Positions 15,180 to 28,553 of a stretch of DNA of 64,000 nt are shown here, one piece after another. Source of the stretch: Chrysomallon squamiferum (taxonomy: Eukaryota; Animalia; Mollusca); assembly GCA_012295275.1 (NCBI GenBank), contig CM022665.1, positions 48,298,001 to 48,362,000 of the forward strand, given 5' to 3'. A program made the position numbers and the translations under genes. A model generated the notes under the pieces. It was not told the DNA's origin. It worked only from the letters and a program-made list of their open reading frames with translations, and did not search any database. Each line of letters begins with the position of its first letter. Position 1 is the first letter of the stretch.

Positions 15180-17659
15180 TTATTAGCATTTTTCGTCTAG
15201 AGATCTAATACAAAAAGTCATATAAGACTGAATTTTGTAGCACATTAAAGTCTTGTAAGACTGAGTTAACTGTTAATTTTTTTATATTTTAGTTATTTTT
15301 ATTTTATTTTTTTTTTAATTATTTTTTTTTTTTTTTTTTTTTATATTTTTTTTCCCTCCAAAAATGACTGTAATTTTGCTGTTTTGTCTCGTTCTTTTCT
15401 TTTCTTTTTTTTTGTTTAATATATAATAGTAGTAGTAGTAGTAGTAGTAGTAGTAAATGAAATAAATGAAAATAACTGTACTTAATTTTTAAAAAAATCT
15501 ATTAAAAAATGTGTAAATGTTTTTTCTCTGATGCATTAACCACTTTATTTTGAAAAGATACATAAAAGAAAAAAAAAAAAAAAAAAAAAGAGAGATAGAT
15601 GTTAACCTTGTTACGCAGTCACGTTCTCACACACAGTATATTATTATATTATTTCTTTCTCAATGGTTTTATGAATCACGTTTCGCTGTGATTTATTTTG
15701 ACGAGTTTATCCGCACACGCAATTCAGTCCTGCGTGTCCGGTGTCTTTAAGTGACTGTCCACGCCTGTCGTCTGCCTGTTTGTCTTAATGGTCGCCCGCG
15801 GCGAGTTTATAAATCTTCTATCTACGAAGATAATCCACTACAAAGAGAATGCAGTCGACGGTTGACGTAAATCCCTCCATTGATCACACGCACCACTATC
15901 AAGTAAATGTGTGTTTGTTTGAGGACAGCTCAGCATATTTAATAATAACCCCTGCTTAGTGTAAAACACACGATCGTTTGTTTATAGTGACAATGTCACG
16001 AAACACTACGTCACTGCGGTTATTTCTTATCATTACGACACAGTTATATATATATATATATATATTTTTTGTTACACCCCAATTAATAATAAATAACAAT
16101 ACTTTATTCTATTATGTCTTAATAATTCGGTCTACCTATTAATTACTTGAATCTTTAGAATCTTACTGAAAATACAGAATATGACAATGCATGTCATACA
16201 CAGAACATGACATGAAAATCTGCGATATTAAAGATTTATCAATATGGTGCAATAATTAAAAAAATAATAATAATAATAAAAACCATTCTGCAGTTTATTT
16301 GATACGATCTAAGTAAGACAAACTATTCTGTTTCTGTTAGATATAAAAATGTACATCGTCTTTGTGTGTCAAGACTGGTATGTTATAAATATACTATACA
16401 TTTTATTCCCTGACATTCCTGTACCGAACGATAATTACTGAAATCTATTTTCAGCTGGAGTTAGAGTTATCTAGCGGCGAAAGTATTGATTTCCCCTACA
16501 TTATCGTTTGCTCATTACGTAATACGTACGTCAAGAGTAATTTCTTTTGTGACGTAGCAGATTAATCATAGATTTAAATACTTCTATCTGTGTTGAGTAA
16601 CCCATTCAATTAACGACATATCCGTTAATGGCTTTATTTCTTCATCAAATTGTGTCTTACATCGGTCGCATGAGGTGATCGATTTGTAATCACTTTTTTT
16701 CTCTTTCTTTCTTTCTTTGACAAAACGTAACAGGCTCTAATTCTTTCTTAATCGGTTTTCGGACGCCAGACGTCCATCAGTGATGGAAATAAATACTGGT
16801 ACTTTCAGCTGATAGTTCAGCAGATAATCTCGATGCAGCTGGTGACAAAATTTGAAACAGACCTGTCTCAATGGAATAGCGAATTGCTATCGTTAGCAGA
16901 CGACACCTGTTCTTTGTGACAGAGCTGTGGACAGAAAGTGTAAAATTAAACATGGCGAACTGATCGATAGTTCTTTTCAAATGAACCCGTTGGTCACGTA
17001 CTCTGCTAACAAATCTCGTCAGTCACCTTCCTGCAAAATGATTCATTTTCCAAAGCTGAATAATGAATATGAGCGTAACGTGTGAAATCAAGTCAAATAT
17101 GTTTACTGTGGTCTAAGCACGCCATGTTTTAAAGCGCGACCCGCAACGAGCACTAACATTTTCACAGCCAATTTCCTGCCGAGTAATTCGAGAAAACCGG
17201 ATGTGCGTCACAACCGTAATAGCGGCTATATGTGACATATTCACACCAAGTTTACTTAGTGTGGCTGTATTGACGTTTATTAATTTTTCAAATGTCTCTT
17301 TAGTTAGGTACAGCTTGTAAAACAAGAATTATTTTCAAAATATTAATGTTCCATTTCCCCTAATGGATAATTTTAAATTATCAATAGAACATAATTATAC
17401 GTGCTAATATGAATAGCAACAAATACAGAAGTGTAAAAAATAAAAATATAAATGCGTAAATAACGAAACTTACACTTATTTTGTTTTGTTTTAAATTACA
17501 AACTGGACAACATCGTTTTAATGTTTGAGATTTCTCACCACACAGAACGCATTCACGCACACCCAGACATACATTCTCTTTTTACCTCCTAATTGCATTC
17601 ATTCTTTTATATTAACATGCTGATATTTTGGTACACTGTGTATAAACAACATTTCTTTA

Positions 17660-18920
17660 TATCGACAAAACAGGTACATGTACGCATTTTGTTTATCACT
17701 AGAAACAAATACATGTACGCATTTTGTTTATCACTAGAAACAAATACATGTACGTATTTTGTTTATAACGACAAAACAAATACATGTACGTATTTTGTTT
17801 ATAACGACAAAACAAATACATGTACGTATTTTGTTTATAACGACAAAACAAATACATGTACGTATTTTGTTTATCACTAGAAAACAAGTACATGTACGTA
17901 TTTTGTTTATCACTAGAAAACAAGTACATGTACGCATTTTGTTTATCACTAGAAAACAAATACATGTACGTATTTTGTTTATCACTAGAAAACAAGTACA
18001 TGTACGTATTTTGTTTATCACTAGAAAACAAATACATGTACGCATTTTGTTTATAACGACAAAACAAATACATGTACGTATTTTGTTTATAACGACAAAA
18101 CAAATACATGTACGTATTTTGTTTATACGACAAAACAAATACATGTACGTATTTTGTTTATAACGACAAAACAAATACATGTACGTATTTTGTTTATTAC
18201 GACAAAACAAATACATGTACGTATTTTATTTATAACGACAAAACAGGTACATGTACGAATTTTGTTTATTACGACAAAACAAATACATGTACGTATTTTG
18301 TTTATAACGACAAAACAGGTACATGTACGAATTTTGTTTATTACGACAAAACAAATACATGTACGAATTTTGTTTATTACGACAAAACAAATACATGTAC
18401 GAATTTTGTTTATTACGACAAAACAAATACATGTACGAATTTTGTTTATTACGACAAAACAAATACATGTACGAATTGTTTATTACGACAAAACAAATAC
18501 ATGTACGAATATTTTGTTTATTACGACAAAACAACTGCATGTACGTATATTTTGTTTATTACGACAAAACAACTGCATGTACGTATTTTGTTTATAACGA
18601 CAAAACAACTGCATGTACGTATTTTGTTTATAACGACAAAACAACTGCATGTACGTATTTTGTTTATAACGACAAAACAAAAACATGTACGTATTTTGTT
18701 TATAACGACAAAACAAATGCATGTACGTATTTTGTTTATAACGACAAAACAAAAACATGTACGTATTTTGTTTATAACGACAAAACAAATGCATGTACGT
18801 ATTTTGTTTATAACGACAAAACAACTGCATGTACGTATTTTGTTTATTACGACAAAACAACTGCATGTACGTATTTTGTTTATAACGACAAAACAACTGC
18901 ATGTACGTATTTTGTTTTGT
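17660..18920. repeat. 36-37-bp self-complementary minisatellite (tacatgtacgtattttgtttataacgacaaaacaaa)
   Basis: ~34 units in variant blocks. Confidence 0.95.
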
Positions 18921-19130
18921 AAGTGAACACGGGGACAGATTTACGGTCTGAGTATAAAATACACCCCCCCTCCTGTTTTCACAATTAAAATGATTAAAAC
19001 GACGCTAAAAAGCAGCTGTTGACACTCTGTGTGTGTGCGTGTTATATGTAAGCTGTATTGAAAGGTGCGTCATTAACACTAAAGTGTGTGAAATCAAAAG
19101 ACTGAAAACCACCGGCATGCAACGTGCACG

Positions 19131-20088
19131 ATGATGTTTAAAATATTAACCGTACGCATAGTGGCTCTGATTGCGTTCATGATGACTACGTCGCTCTTCT
19201 TCCTCTACAATCTGTCATCACGTCACCCTCATTCTTTGCAGCGACAGCGCCATCGTCACCCGAAGCGGCTGCTGCTGCTGTTTTCAACCTGGACGACGAA
19301 ACGGGACAAGACTTTGGTGTACGAGAAAACACTGGAATCGTGGAGCAGGTTACTTCCCGACGTCCAACCCGCGGTGTTTTCAGCTGACACAAACATCACC
19401 CGTAGAGCGGCCCAGTTCGGGTGGGAGGTGCACGCGACTAACGAAACCGCCTGTGGAGGGGTGCCAACCAATCCGCTCGATGTTTCTAGAATCTGTGAGA
19501 AGGCACGGCAACACTTACCCGCTGTACGGTTTCGCCAATGGCGACATCTTGTTTGACAAGACTCTGGTAGAGAGCGTGCAGCACGTTCTGGAATGGCTGA
19601 GACAGGCGGGACACGCCCAGTCGGTTCTCGTCGTGGGCAAGAGGCTGAACGTCGACGCAAACAAGTGTTTATTTTCTAACGTCTCAGATCTCGGTGAGTT
19701 ACGCGGTCACTACCCCGCGGAGGGATCCTCGGACTACTTCATCACCGACTCGCGGTTCCCCTGGAAGGACGTCCCTCCTCTCGTCGTTGGACGTTTAGGA
19801 TTTGGCATGTGGCTTCTCGCTTTTGCACGTGCGCGCGGGGTGACGCTGATTGACGTAACGCAGACTGCGCGTGCTGTTCACATGACGACGCGCGCCGGCA
19901 ACCAGGAATCGTCACAGAGTGAAAACAGAATGTGCAACCACCGGCTGCTGTCACGACTCAAGTTGACGCCCACGTCGTTCCGCTGTGGGTGGACCGACTG
20001 CGCCGCGCTGTACACAGCACGTGGTCACGTGCATGTCAGACGCAGACACCCCCCTCCAATGTGCCACAGATGTAAAAACAGCTGGTAA
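19131..20088 (+). CDS. Intronless type II membrane glycosyltransferase-like (GT-A-like) protein, split by a 1-nt insertion near 19470
   Basis: ORF 19131-19556 (N-terminal TM anchor, LLLFSTW) and ORF 19453-20088 (YGFANGDILFD, VVGKRLNV, DYFITD..FPW..VPPLVVGR) join as GVPT-IRSMFLE if one A is removed from ccaaccAatccgc. Confidence 0.65.
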
Positions 20089-21325
20089 AGCACACAGGCT
20101 TGTATAACGCTGCACGCGAAAAGGTTTATGGGCGTTTGTAAATAATTACGAAATTTTAATCTCTCGTAGGTTGTTTTAAAACAGTACGAGTGAACTGAAA
20201 CGCATGTTTGAACAAAATCTGTAATCAGTGAACCAGGAAAGGACGGGAGAATATGTTGCCAGATGACCGTAGCTTTGTTGATGATAAAATATGATAATAA
20301 TACAACACGTCCTTGACGAATCATAAACTTATCAATTTACGTTTACACCTTCTATTATGACGTCATGGATTACTCGTGTCAAGACTTCGATGACGTATTT
20401 CGTTTTGATTGATGTCACAACAGCTGTATCACTTCATTATGACGTCACCACGAAACAGATGAACGCACAAACTTTGACAAGTACTTAGGGGACATAACTC
20501 TGCTCAATTTCCCTGCTCTAATCTAATGCAGCCTTCGAAAATAAAGTGTTTGTGTGAATGTGTGGGGGTATGTATAAATAAACAATAAAACTTTTAATGA
20601 GATTTTTATTACAAACTGTACAAGATCAAAACATTCACGTAACATATCATATTTACTATTTAACAAATGTAATAATTTACCTGTGACACTGCTAGCATAC
20701 ATCTGTAACTCTACCACTCTACATCTGTAACCAGGTGTAACGTTACTAATATAAGATTCATTCTTATAATAACATATATAGTACTGATCTTTTTCTAATA
20801 TATATCAGTGACATATACTATAAAATAGCTGTTTCAGTACAGAAAAATAATGTTAGCAAACAACATACCTAATTAAACAACTTATCTATCACTATATATC
20901 ACAGTATTTGATTCGTGTTATAACAGCTTGTACCAAACACAGAGCTTTCTCTGTGCTATCTATAAACATCCATCTTGATTTATATACATATTCTGTTAGA
21001 CAATGGACATTGTAAACTATGCAGTCTATACAAAAGACATCTCTAAAACAGCTAAACGAAGAGTGAAATATTTGCTGCCATCATCGAATGATGAATAATA
21101 AATGGTCACCTCACCCATGCTATATTTATCTACATTTATTAGTCAGGTAGTAGTTTTAGACTAACAACAACGTTACTCTGTCTACCAACTGTTCATTATC
21201 CACAGCGTGGCTCTTTAACAGTCTTAATGAGATAAGTTTGAACAGAAACATGTAGTAGTTAATCCATCAAAACTATTACAAATAATTTATACAACTTTAT
21301 TTTACAATGAATACTTAAAAAATAT

Positions 21326-21357
<32 letters not shown>

Positions 21358-21421
21358 GAAGATAAAAAACAAACTCTCCAAAACTGTAGATAATAGACCT
21401 TTAACTAATTAAAGATATAAA

Positions 21422-21474
<53 letters not shown>

Positions 21475-24400
21475 AAAAAAAAAAAAATAAAATAAAATAA
21501 TACATATTCTACATCTCGATACATATTTATAATTTTTCAAACAGCAAGTAATAGACAAACAGTAAGAAAGTATTTTTGCTCTGACAGAACACTGCGGAGA
21601 TGAATGGGAGAGGAAATCAGTCAGACACACACATCTGTGCAATGTGCAGCCTCAAATTAACAAAACCATTTTGATGCTAACAAGCCACAGAGTATGGAAC
21701 TGAATATCTGAAATTTCTAAATTTGTTTAGAAAATAAATAAATAAATAGATAAATAAATACAGACACAGTAATTTAAGAAAATAAAATAGTTTAAATAGT
21801 CAACCCTGTCGTATATATAACCCTGGCGCGGGTTGTGGCATTGCTGTAAAATGTAAATGCAAATCTGGACAGACAGACAGACAGACAGACAGAATTAACA
21901 ATGAATGGAATCAGATTTTATATTTCTACATACACTGACACTGTAACAGTCGCACTGCAAACTGAATCAAAGCAGATTATTCACAATTACCCACAAAATT
22001 AATTTGTTAAAAAGTGTGTGATTAATAATGTTATTCTGCATGAAATTTAAAATTTGTAGCTGATATTATTGTTTAAAAAACAAACAAACAAAAAAAAAAC
22101 AATGCTAATATACTATGCTAATAGACAAATATTTATCTATATTTAAATACATATTGAGTTTTGATTGACATCATGTAGGTTGAAGTAGGTGTTGTGAACA
22201 TAAATATATATAAATATATTTAAATGAAAAATACCACTCCCAGTAATAATACATTTTATACAAACTAAGCAATAAAAACACAACAGACCATGTTTATATT
22301 TATTTATTTATATATTATTTTTATTCATTTGTTGATTTATTACTTTTTTTGCTCTCTATCTCTGTCCCAGCAATTTCTAAATTAAATCCATCATTTGCCA
22401 GACAGAACTGTTTTGTATCTCAATACAACATTAAATAATTTGTTGAGTGATTATATAAAACAATATATGTCTGTTAAAAATTAAACGTAAAAATACAACA
22501 TGATTGTCAATGAAAAAATCCCATTTTGTGATGATTTCAACGTGATAATTCAACATTAAAACAATAGTTTTACAAAGTCACTTATAAAATGATGAATGTA
22601 AAATCGGTTAAAAACCCCAAAAGAAATAAACTTCACATCACAGAAGATGTATTTTACAGTTTTGTGCAGGCAAGAGAATAATTTAACAAAGTTCAGATAC
22701 CCTGACATACATTGTTTGTGATTTTTTTGAAAATAAATAAATCTGCTAAAATGACACATTCTTAATATTCAAAAACAATTATTAGACGGATTAATATATT
22801 TTGTAACATTGTTTGTGATTTAAAAAAAATTTTTTTGACTAATATGAAACACAGAATTTGCTATATCACTTATTCTTATTATTTAGACATTTATTAATTT
22901 TTTTTTTTTTTTTTTTTCACTAACATATTAAACTATCTTTCAAAGAGTGATTTATTATTTAATTTTTTTTTAAATATCATATCTGTAGTATCTTATAATC
23001 GTACATTTGTATTAATTAAAAACACATATTTATTACAAATACATATATATATATGTGTGTGTGTGTGTCTAAGTTACCTTGACAAACATAGCTGATGGTA
23101 TTTATTATTTTATTATTATTATTCTTTTTTTCCTTTGTTTTCTTTACTTTTTACTTTTTTTCTTTTTTTAACAATAAATATGAAATCTTTAGAATCATAG
23201 TCTTATTGCTTAAATTTTCTTTTTAAAATTTACTTTTACATACAACATTTAACCAGTCTGTGAAATCTGCCTCTATCTCAGTGACACTTTTCCCAGTTTG
23301 ACCTTCACACTTGAGAAGAGATTCAATAAGCAATGTCTGTCAGTTAGAAATACCTGACAATAAAATACATTACTGCTAAGTTAACACCTGTCTCAGGTGC
23401 TCCCAGTACTTCACTGTAACCTTATAATCCAGGTAAGAAGTAAAAATAAAAAGTAAATATAAAAATGTACCTGGAATATTCATTAACGTCTGTTAAGGAT
23501 AAATAAATGTGTAACAGAATACTGGAAATATTCAGTCAATTTAATTTTTTATCTTTATTTTTATTTATTTATTTTATTTTGATTTAATTTTTTATTTTAT
23601 ACTTTTTTTTTATTATTGTTATTTTATTATTAATTTTTTTATTTTATTATTTTTTTTATTATTATTATTTAAACAAAAAATGTTATCGTTTATTTTATTT
23701 ATTTATATTTTTTATTTACATATTTATTTTTATTTTTCTCTTTACATCAGCTAACTTTAATAATCTGTTAAACAAAGGTAAAGATTAACAAAAAAACACA
23801 CAAAAATAACAGCTATAATAATATATCTCTGTAATACATTTTGATAGGTTTTAGATACACCGTCAACAAATAAAATATTCTAACACTGGGAAAGATTGAC
23901 ATAAAAAGAATGGCTAAATGATGTAAAATATAGTAAAAATATTAAAATTCACAGACACACACACACATATATATACTGGGTTTTTGGGTGTGTTTTTTTA
24001 GAATCTGTAACCCACAGTGTATATGAGTTAAATCAATTCATTAAATAAAAACTTTAATAAAAAATTTATTACACCATTTTTAAATCATCACCTTTACTCT
24101 CACCTAACAATAACAAATTGTTTTTATTTTTATTTTTTATTTAAATACTTGTATTTAATATTTTAATTGCACAAAGTATTGCTGTTACATGTATCTGCAA
24201 ATCCTTTTATAAATAAACAGACACTACTTGCACTCGGAGAGATAAGAATATGTGTATAAATTAAAATTTTATATATAACAACTTATAAATAACACATGCT
24301 ATTCAAACACTGGTGTTTTAGTACTCACGAATCGTTCTGTGAATGCAGATAAAGTTTAAAAATAAACAACAAACTGGTTTTTCTCTGTAAAAGATAATGA

Positions 24401-24504
24401 AGTATTTCTGTAACAAAGAATTCAGAGAGATCGGTTTTGTTCACACAGATAACTTCACTCTGTGGACATATGTAATTCAAAACTGATGACACTACATACT
24501 TCAA

Positions 24505-24870
24505 ACTCTGAAGCCTTTTTTTGAAAGTTTCACTTATATATTAATAACTACACAGAAAACACACAATTCTGTAAAACCTTTTTTTTGAAAGTTTCATTTA
24601 TATATTAATAACTACACAAAACACACAATTCTGTAAAACCTTTTTTTGAAAGTTTCATTTATATATTAATAACTACACAAAACACATTTCTGTAAAACCT
24701 TTTTTTTTTTTAAGTTTCATTTATATATTAAAACTTCAGAAAACAATTCTGTAAAACCTTTTTTTGAAAGTTTCATTTATATATTAATAACTGTACAGAA
24801 AACAATTCTGTAAAACCTTTTTTTGAAAGTTTCATTTATATATTAATAACTACACAGAAAACACATTTCT
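24505..24870. repeat. ~60-bp tandem repeat (ctgtaaaacctttttttgaaagtttcatttatatattaataactac)
   Basis: 6 copies. Confidence 0.85.
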
Positions 24871-25000
24871 ATAAGGGTTGTTAACTACTTTATTGCTACT
24901 CAGGTTATCAAAAATATTTGTCAAATGATAACAATACTTGTTAACGTCTTAGTGTATTTAATTACAATTTTTTGTATCTGTGTATGTATTTATATATGTA

Positions 25001-25053
<53 letters not shown>

Positions 25054-26902
25054 ATGATATATATTATATATGTACACACATACACAAATACACAATAAAC
25101 AAAATTATATTAACAATTCAGAATTTCAGAAAACACGGAGATCAACATAAAGGTAAAAGAACAATCAAAATATATTATAATAAAAAAAAACTTTAAAATA
25201 AATAAATAAATACATTTTTCATATTTTTGGATCCATGATTGATATATTATGCATGTGCAATATGAATGAAAGAAAAAAAAAAAACTGTGTAAAATTCAAA
25301 ACAGAACACATATTTAAAATGTAGTTTATTATAAGTAAATAGTGGAGTGAAATGCAGTGTTTGTAATAGTAAATACAAACTGAAATACAGTAAATGTTAA
25401 ATATATGATGACTGGTTTGTTGTCTAAACACAGTTGTTAATGCCGTACTCTTTCATTTCTGTATCTTTCTTGTCTGTTTTATTAATATTTTTATTTTTAT
25501 TCATTATTATTATTACTACTACTATTATTATTATTTTTATCATTGTCATTATTATTATTTTATTATTATAATTTTTATTATTACTTCTACTGTTATTTTA
25601 TTTTATTATTATTGATATTATAATCATTACTGTTGTTGTTATTGTTATTATTATTATTATTATTATTGTTATTATTATTATTATTATAATAAATTTAGTA
25701 ATAAATCAATATTAATCACAGGGCAAATTCTTGGAGTAATCATTTTCCTATTTCCCAATCCAGCTATATCATTCATGAAACAGATTTTTATCATCTTTTC
25801 ATTCATCTATCTGTCTGACAAACAACAGCTGAGGTATGTGCTGAGCTGGTGTCGAAAATTAACTGATTCAATATGTGCAAATTTAGTAAAATCTGTTAGA
25901 ACTGTGATAACCACACTGCAAAAACATATTCTTTTACAAGAAATATTTTTAATACACTGAATTCTGAAACATTAATTTAAAAGTAATTTCTACAGTGCAA
26001 ATTTTTAAAGTATGCTGTAAAAGGCACAAATACTTTTTTATTGCATGATTTTTATTATTGTTAAAAAAAAATGTATCAAATGTTAAAAGAAATTGATTTG
26101 TTTACAAAACATGAATTAAATTTAATTAAAAAAAAAAAAAAAAAATTAGTTAATCTCTCAATTTCAAAAAAACCCCAAAACAATTATAATAATAAAAAAA
26201 AAGAAAGAAAGAAAAAGAAGAGATCTGATTAAAATTCAATGATACTTTGAGACAGAATAAAATGAAATCACTGTGACATAAAAGCTGATACCAACCAGAA
26301 GCAGGTTGAATAAAGTGATAATCTCACCTACAAAAAACTCTGTAACATTATTTATTACAGCTGGATAGAAACAGTATAAAAATAAATAAATAAATAAAAT
26401 AAATAAATAAAAACAGAAAGAAATATAATAAATCAGATAAAAACTTTATCATATGTCTCATTTGATTTAATTGTATACAAAACTATGATCACTATATCTA
26501 TTGTATACAAAACTCACCATTACAACTATTGTACATAAACGTATTGTTACAATATTTCTCCTCTGTTGTATACAAAACTGATCATTATAAAATTTCTCAA
26601 CTGTTATATACAAAACTTATCATAATATTTCTTACCTATAATATACAAAACTCACTACAATATATCTCAACTACTGTATACAAAATTCATCATTACAGTA
26701 TACAAAACTATATCTCGGCTATTGTATACAAAATTCATCATTACAATATAAATGATACATAATTACAGCCATCATCTCAGTTGTAGAAAGACTATACAAC
26801 ATCTCTGTCTATGTACAAGACTGCAATTAAAACTAACAGGATGAATTTTATGTAAGATTCTGAAAAAAACAAAACAAAAAAACCTTGTGCATGTTGATTG
26901 TG

Positions 26903-26957
26903 CTAACCTTCAAATGCATGTATATGTTCATCTTTGCAGCCCAGCTCCTTTGCCAAC
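26903..26957 (-). CDS. CYB5R4: CYB5R4 last exon (RLAKELGCKDEHIHAFEG*)
   Basis: gtttcag acceptor, IH.F C-terminus, TAG stop. Confidence 0.88.
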
Positions 26958-28517
26958 CTGAAACAAACACAAACACTTCTCTTTTTATAAAAACACAAAG
27001 ATAATTACACAATATTATATACCACAGATTGTTGCTATTCAGTAACTAGGCATGTTATTTTACTTATTACTTATAATTGCGTGTACATCTTTATATATCC
27101 ATCTAGCTGTTCACACTGATAATTACTTTTTAATCTTCTGATATTTTATAATTATTTTTTTGTTTTTGTTTTTAATATTTATAATTACTTCATTTATTTT
27201 ATAATATTTATTATTCATTTTTTTATAATTTTTTATTTTACTATTTATAATTACTTAGTTTTATCTTATAATATTTATTATTCTTTTTTTTTTAATATTT
27301 TAATATTTATAATTACTTAGTTTTATCTTATAATATTTATTATATATTTTTAAAAATATTTTAATATTTATAATTACTTCGTTTTTCTTATATTATCTAT
27401 TATTATTATTTTTATTTTATATTTTGATATTTATAATTATCTAAATATTTTAAAACATCATTAGCTCTAGCTTCGCCATTATCAAACAAAGCAGATCTGT
27501 GAATTCATCAGAAACAGGACAGCACTTACCTGAGAACTTCTTTGGTGAACATGATGGGGCCGCACGTACACAGAAGGGGATGAATGCCGTCCTCCACGTT
27601 GGGGATGTGGTCCTGTAAGTGAGTCTTTCTGAACACGTCCTGTGGGACCGGTCCAGTCCTCATCAGGCTCTGACAGGATGTACTTCACACAAAACCTGAA
27701 ACAACAAACAACATGAGTTACCTTCCATGTTTAAATAGAGTTGTCTTCCTTAGTGACAGGACTGAAAACAAAAGTATGAAAAAAACAGAAATAGTGAAAA
27801 GTTTTTTTTATTTTTTTTTTTATGTTTGAATTGTGTATGATACTTTTATACATTCAAGTTCTCTTACAAGGACATTTTTAAAAAAAAAATTATTATAAAA
27901 ATAAAATGAAATAATAAATTTAAATCTGGCAGCAAAAAAAAAGAAATTTTCCAATTATGTCCAATTCTCTCAGCTTAACAAGAATTTTGTTTACTGCCTC
28001 TGCAATTAATGATAAGCTTTTGACTGGTTTTATCTGCTTTTCACAAGAAAAGGGTTTTTAAAAAAAAAAATGAAAAAGAGTTTGCATTATTAAGATTTTT
28101 TAATACATATTTTTACACAAAGTGGTTTACCTGTCATTTTTGGCTGCCAGTTCATCTAGTTGATCCTTCCAGTAAATATCTTTTTTCTTTCTAACGAAAA
28201 ACAGCAGTGTCACGTGTCTGCATGAAATAAACACTTTTATAATTAAAAACAACAACAACAAAAAACAGCAGTGTCATATGTCTGTACGAAATAAACACTT
28301 TTATAATTAAAAACAACACATAAAAAATAAAGTAATCACATTTGTCAGTTTTGTAAAAAAAATAATTAACGAAAATGATTTAAAAATTATAACTATAAAA
28401 AAGTGTATCAATTTTGGATCTACTTAAATATATAAGAAAATTAACAAGTATAAAAAAAAAAAAAAAAAAAACCAACAAAAATATAAATTTTGTGTATATA
28501 TATATATATATATATAT

Positions 28518-28553
<36 letters not shown>

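Noticed and set aside
15620-17350. CpG-enriched non-coding stretch as a transposon or ncRNA
   Set aside because: No terminal repeats, transposase remnants or tRNA/rRNA structure identifiable by eye; may simply be unmethylated regulatory DNA
17593-18926. Many overlapping ORFs on both strands
   Set aside because: Products of a 36-bp minisatellite
23250-23355. Possible minus-strand exon downstream of the CYB5R4 stop (ttgtcag acceptor)
   Set aside because: No recognisable protein similarity; at most a UTR exon and cannot be supported
27600-27630. Programmed ribosomal frameshifting or pseudogenisation as the explanation of the indels
   Set aside because: No slippery heptamers seen, mixed indel directions and otherwise intact genes; assembly error is more parsimonious
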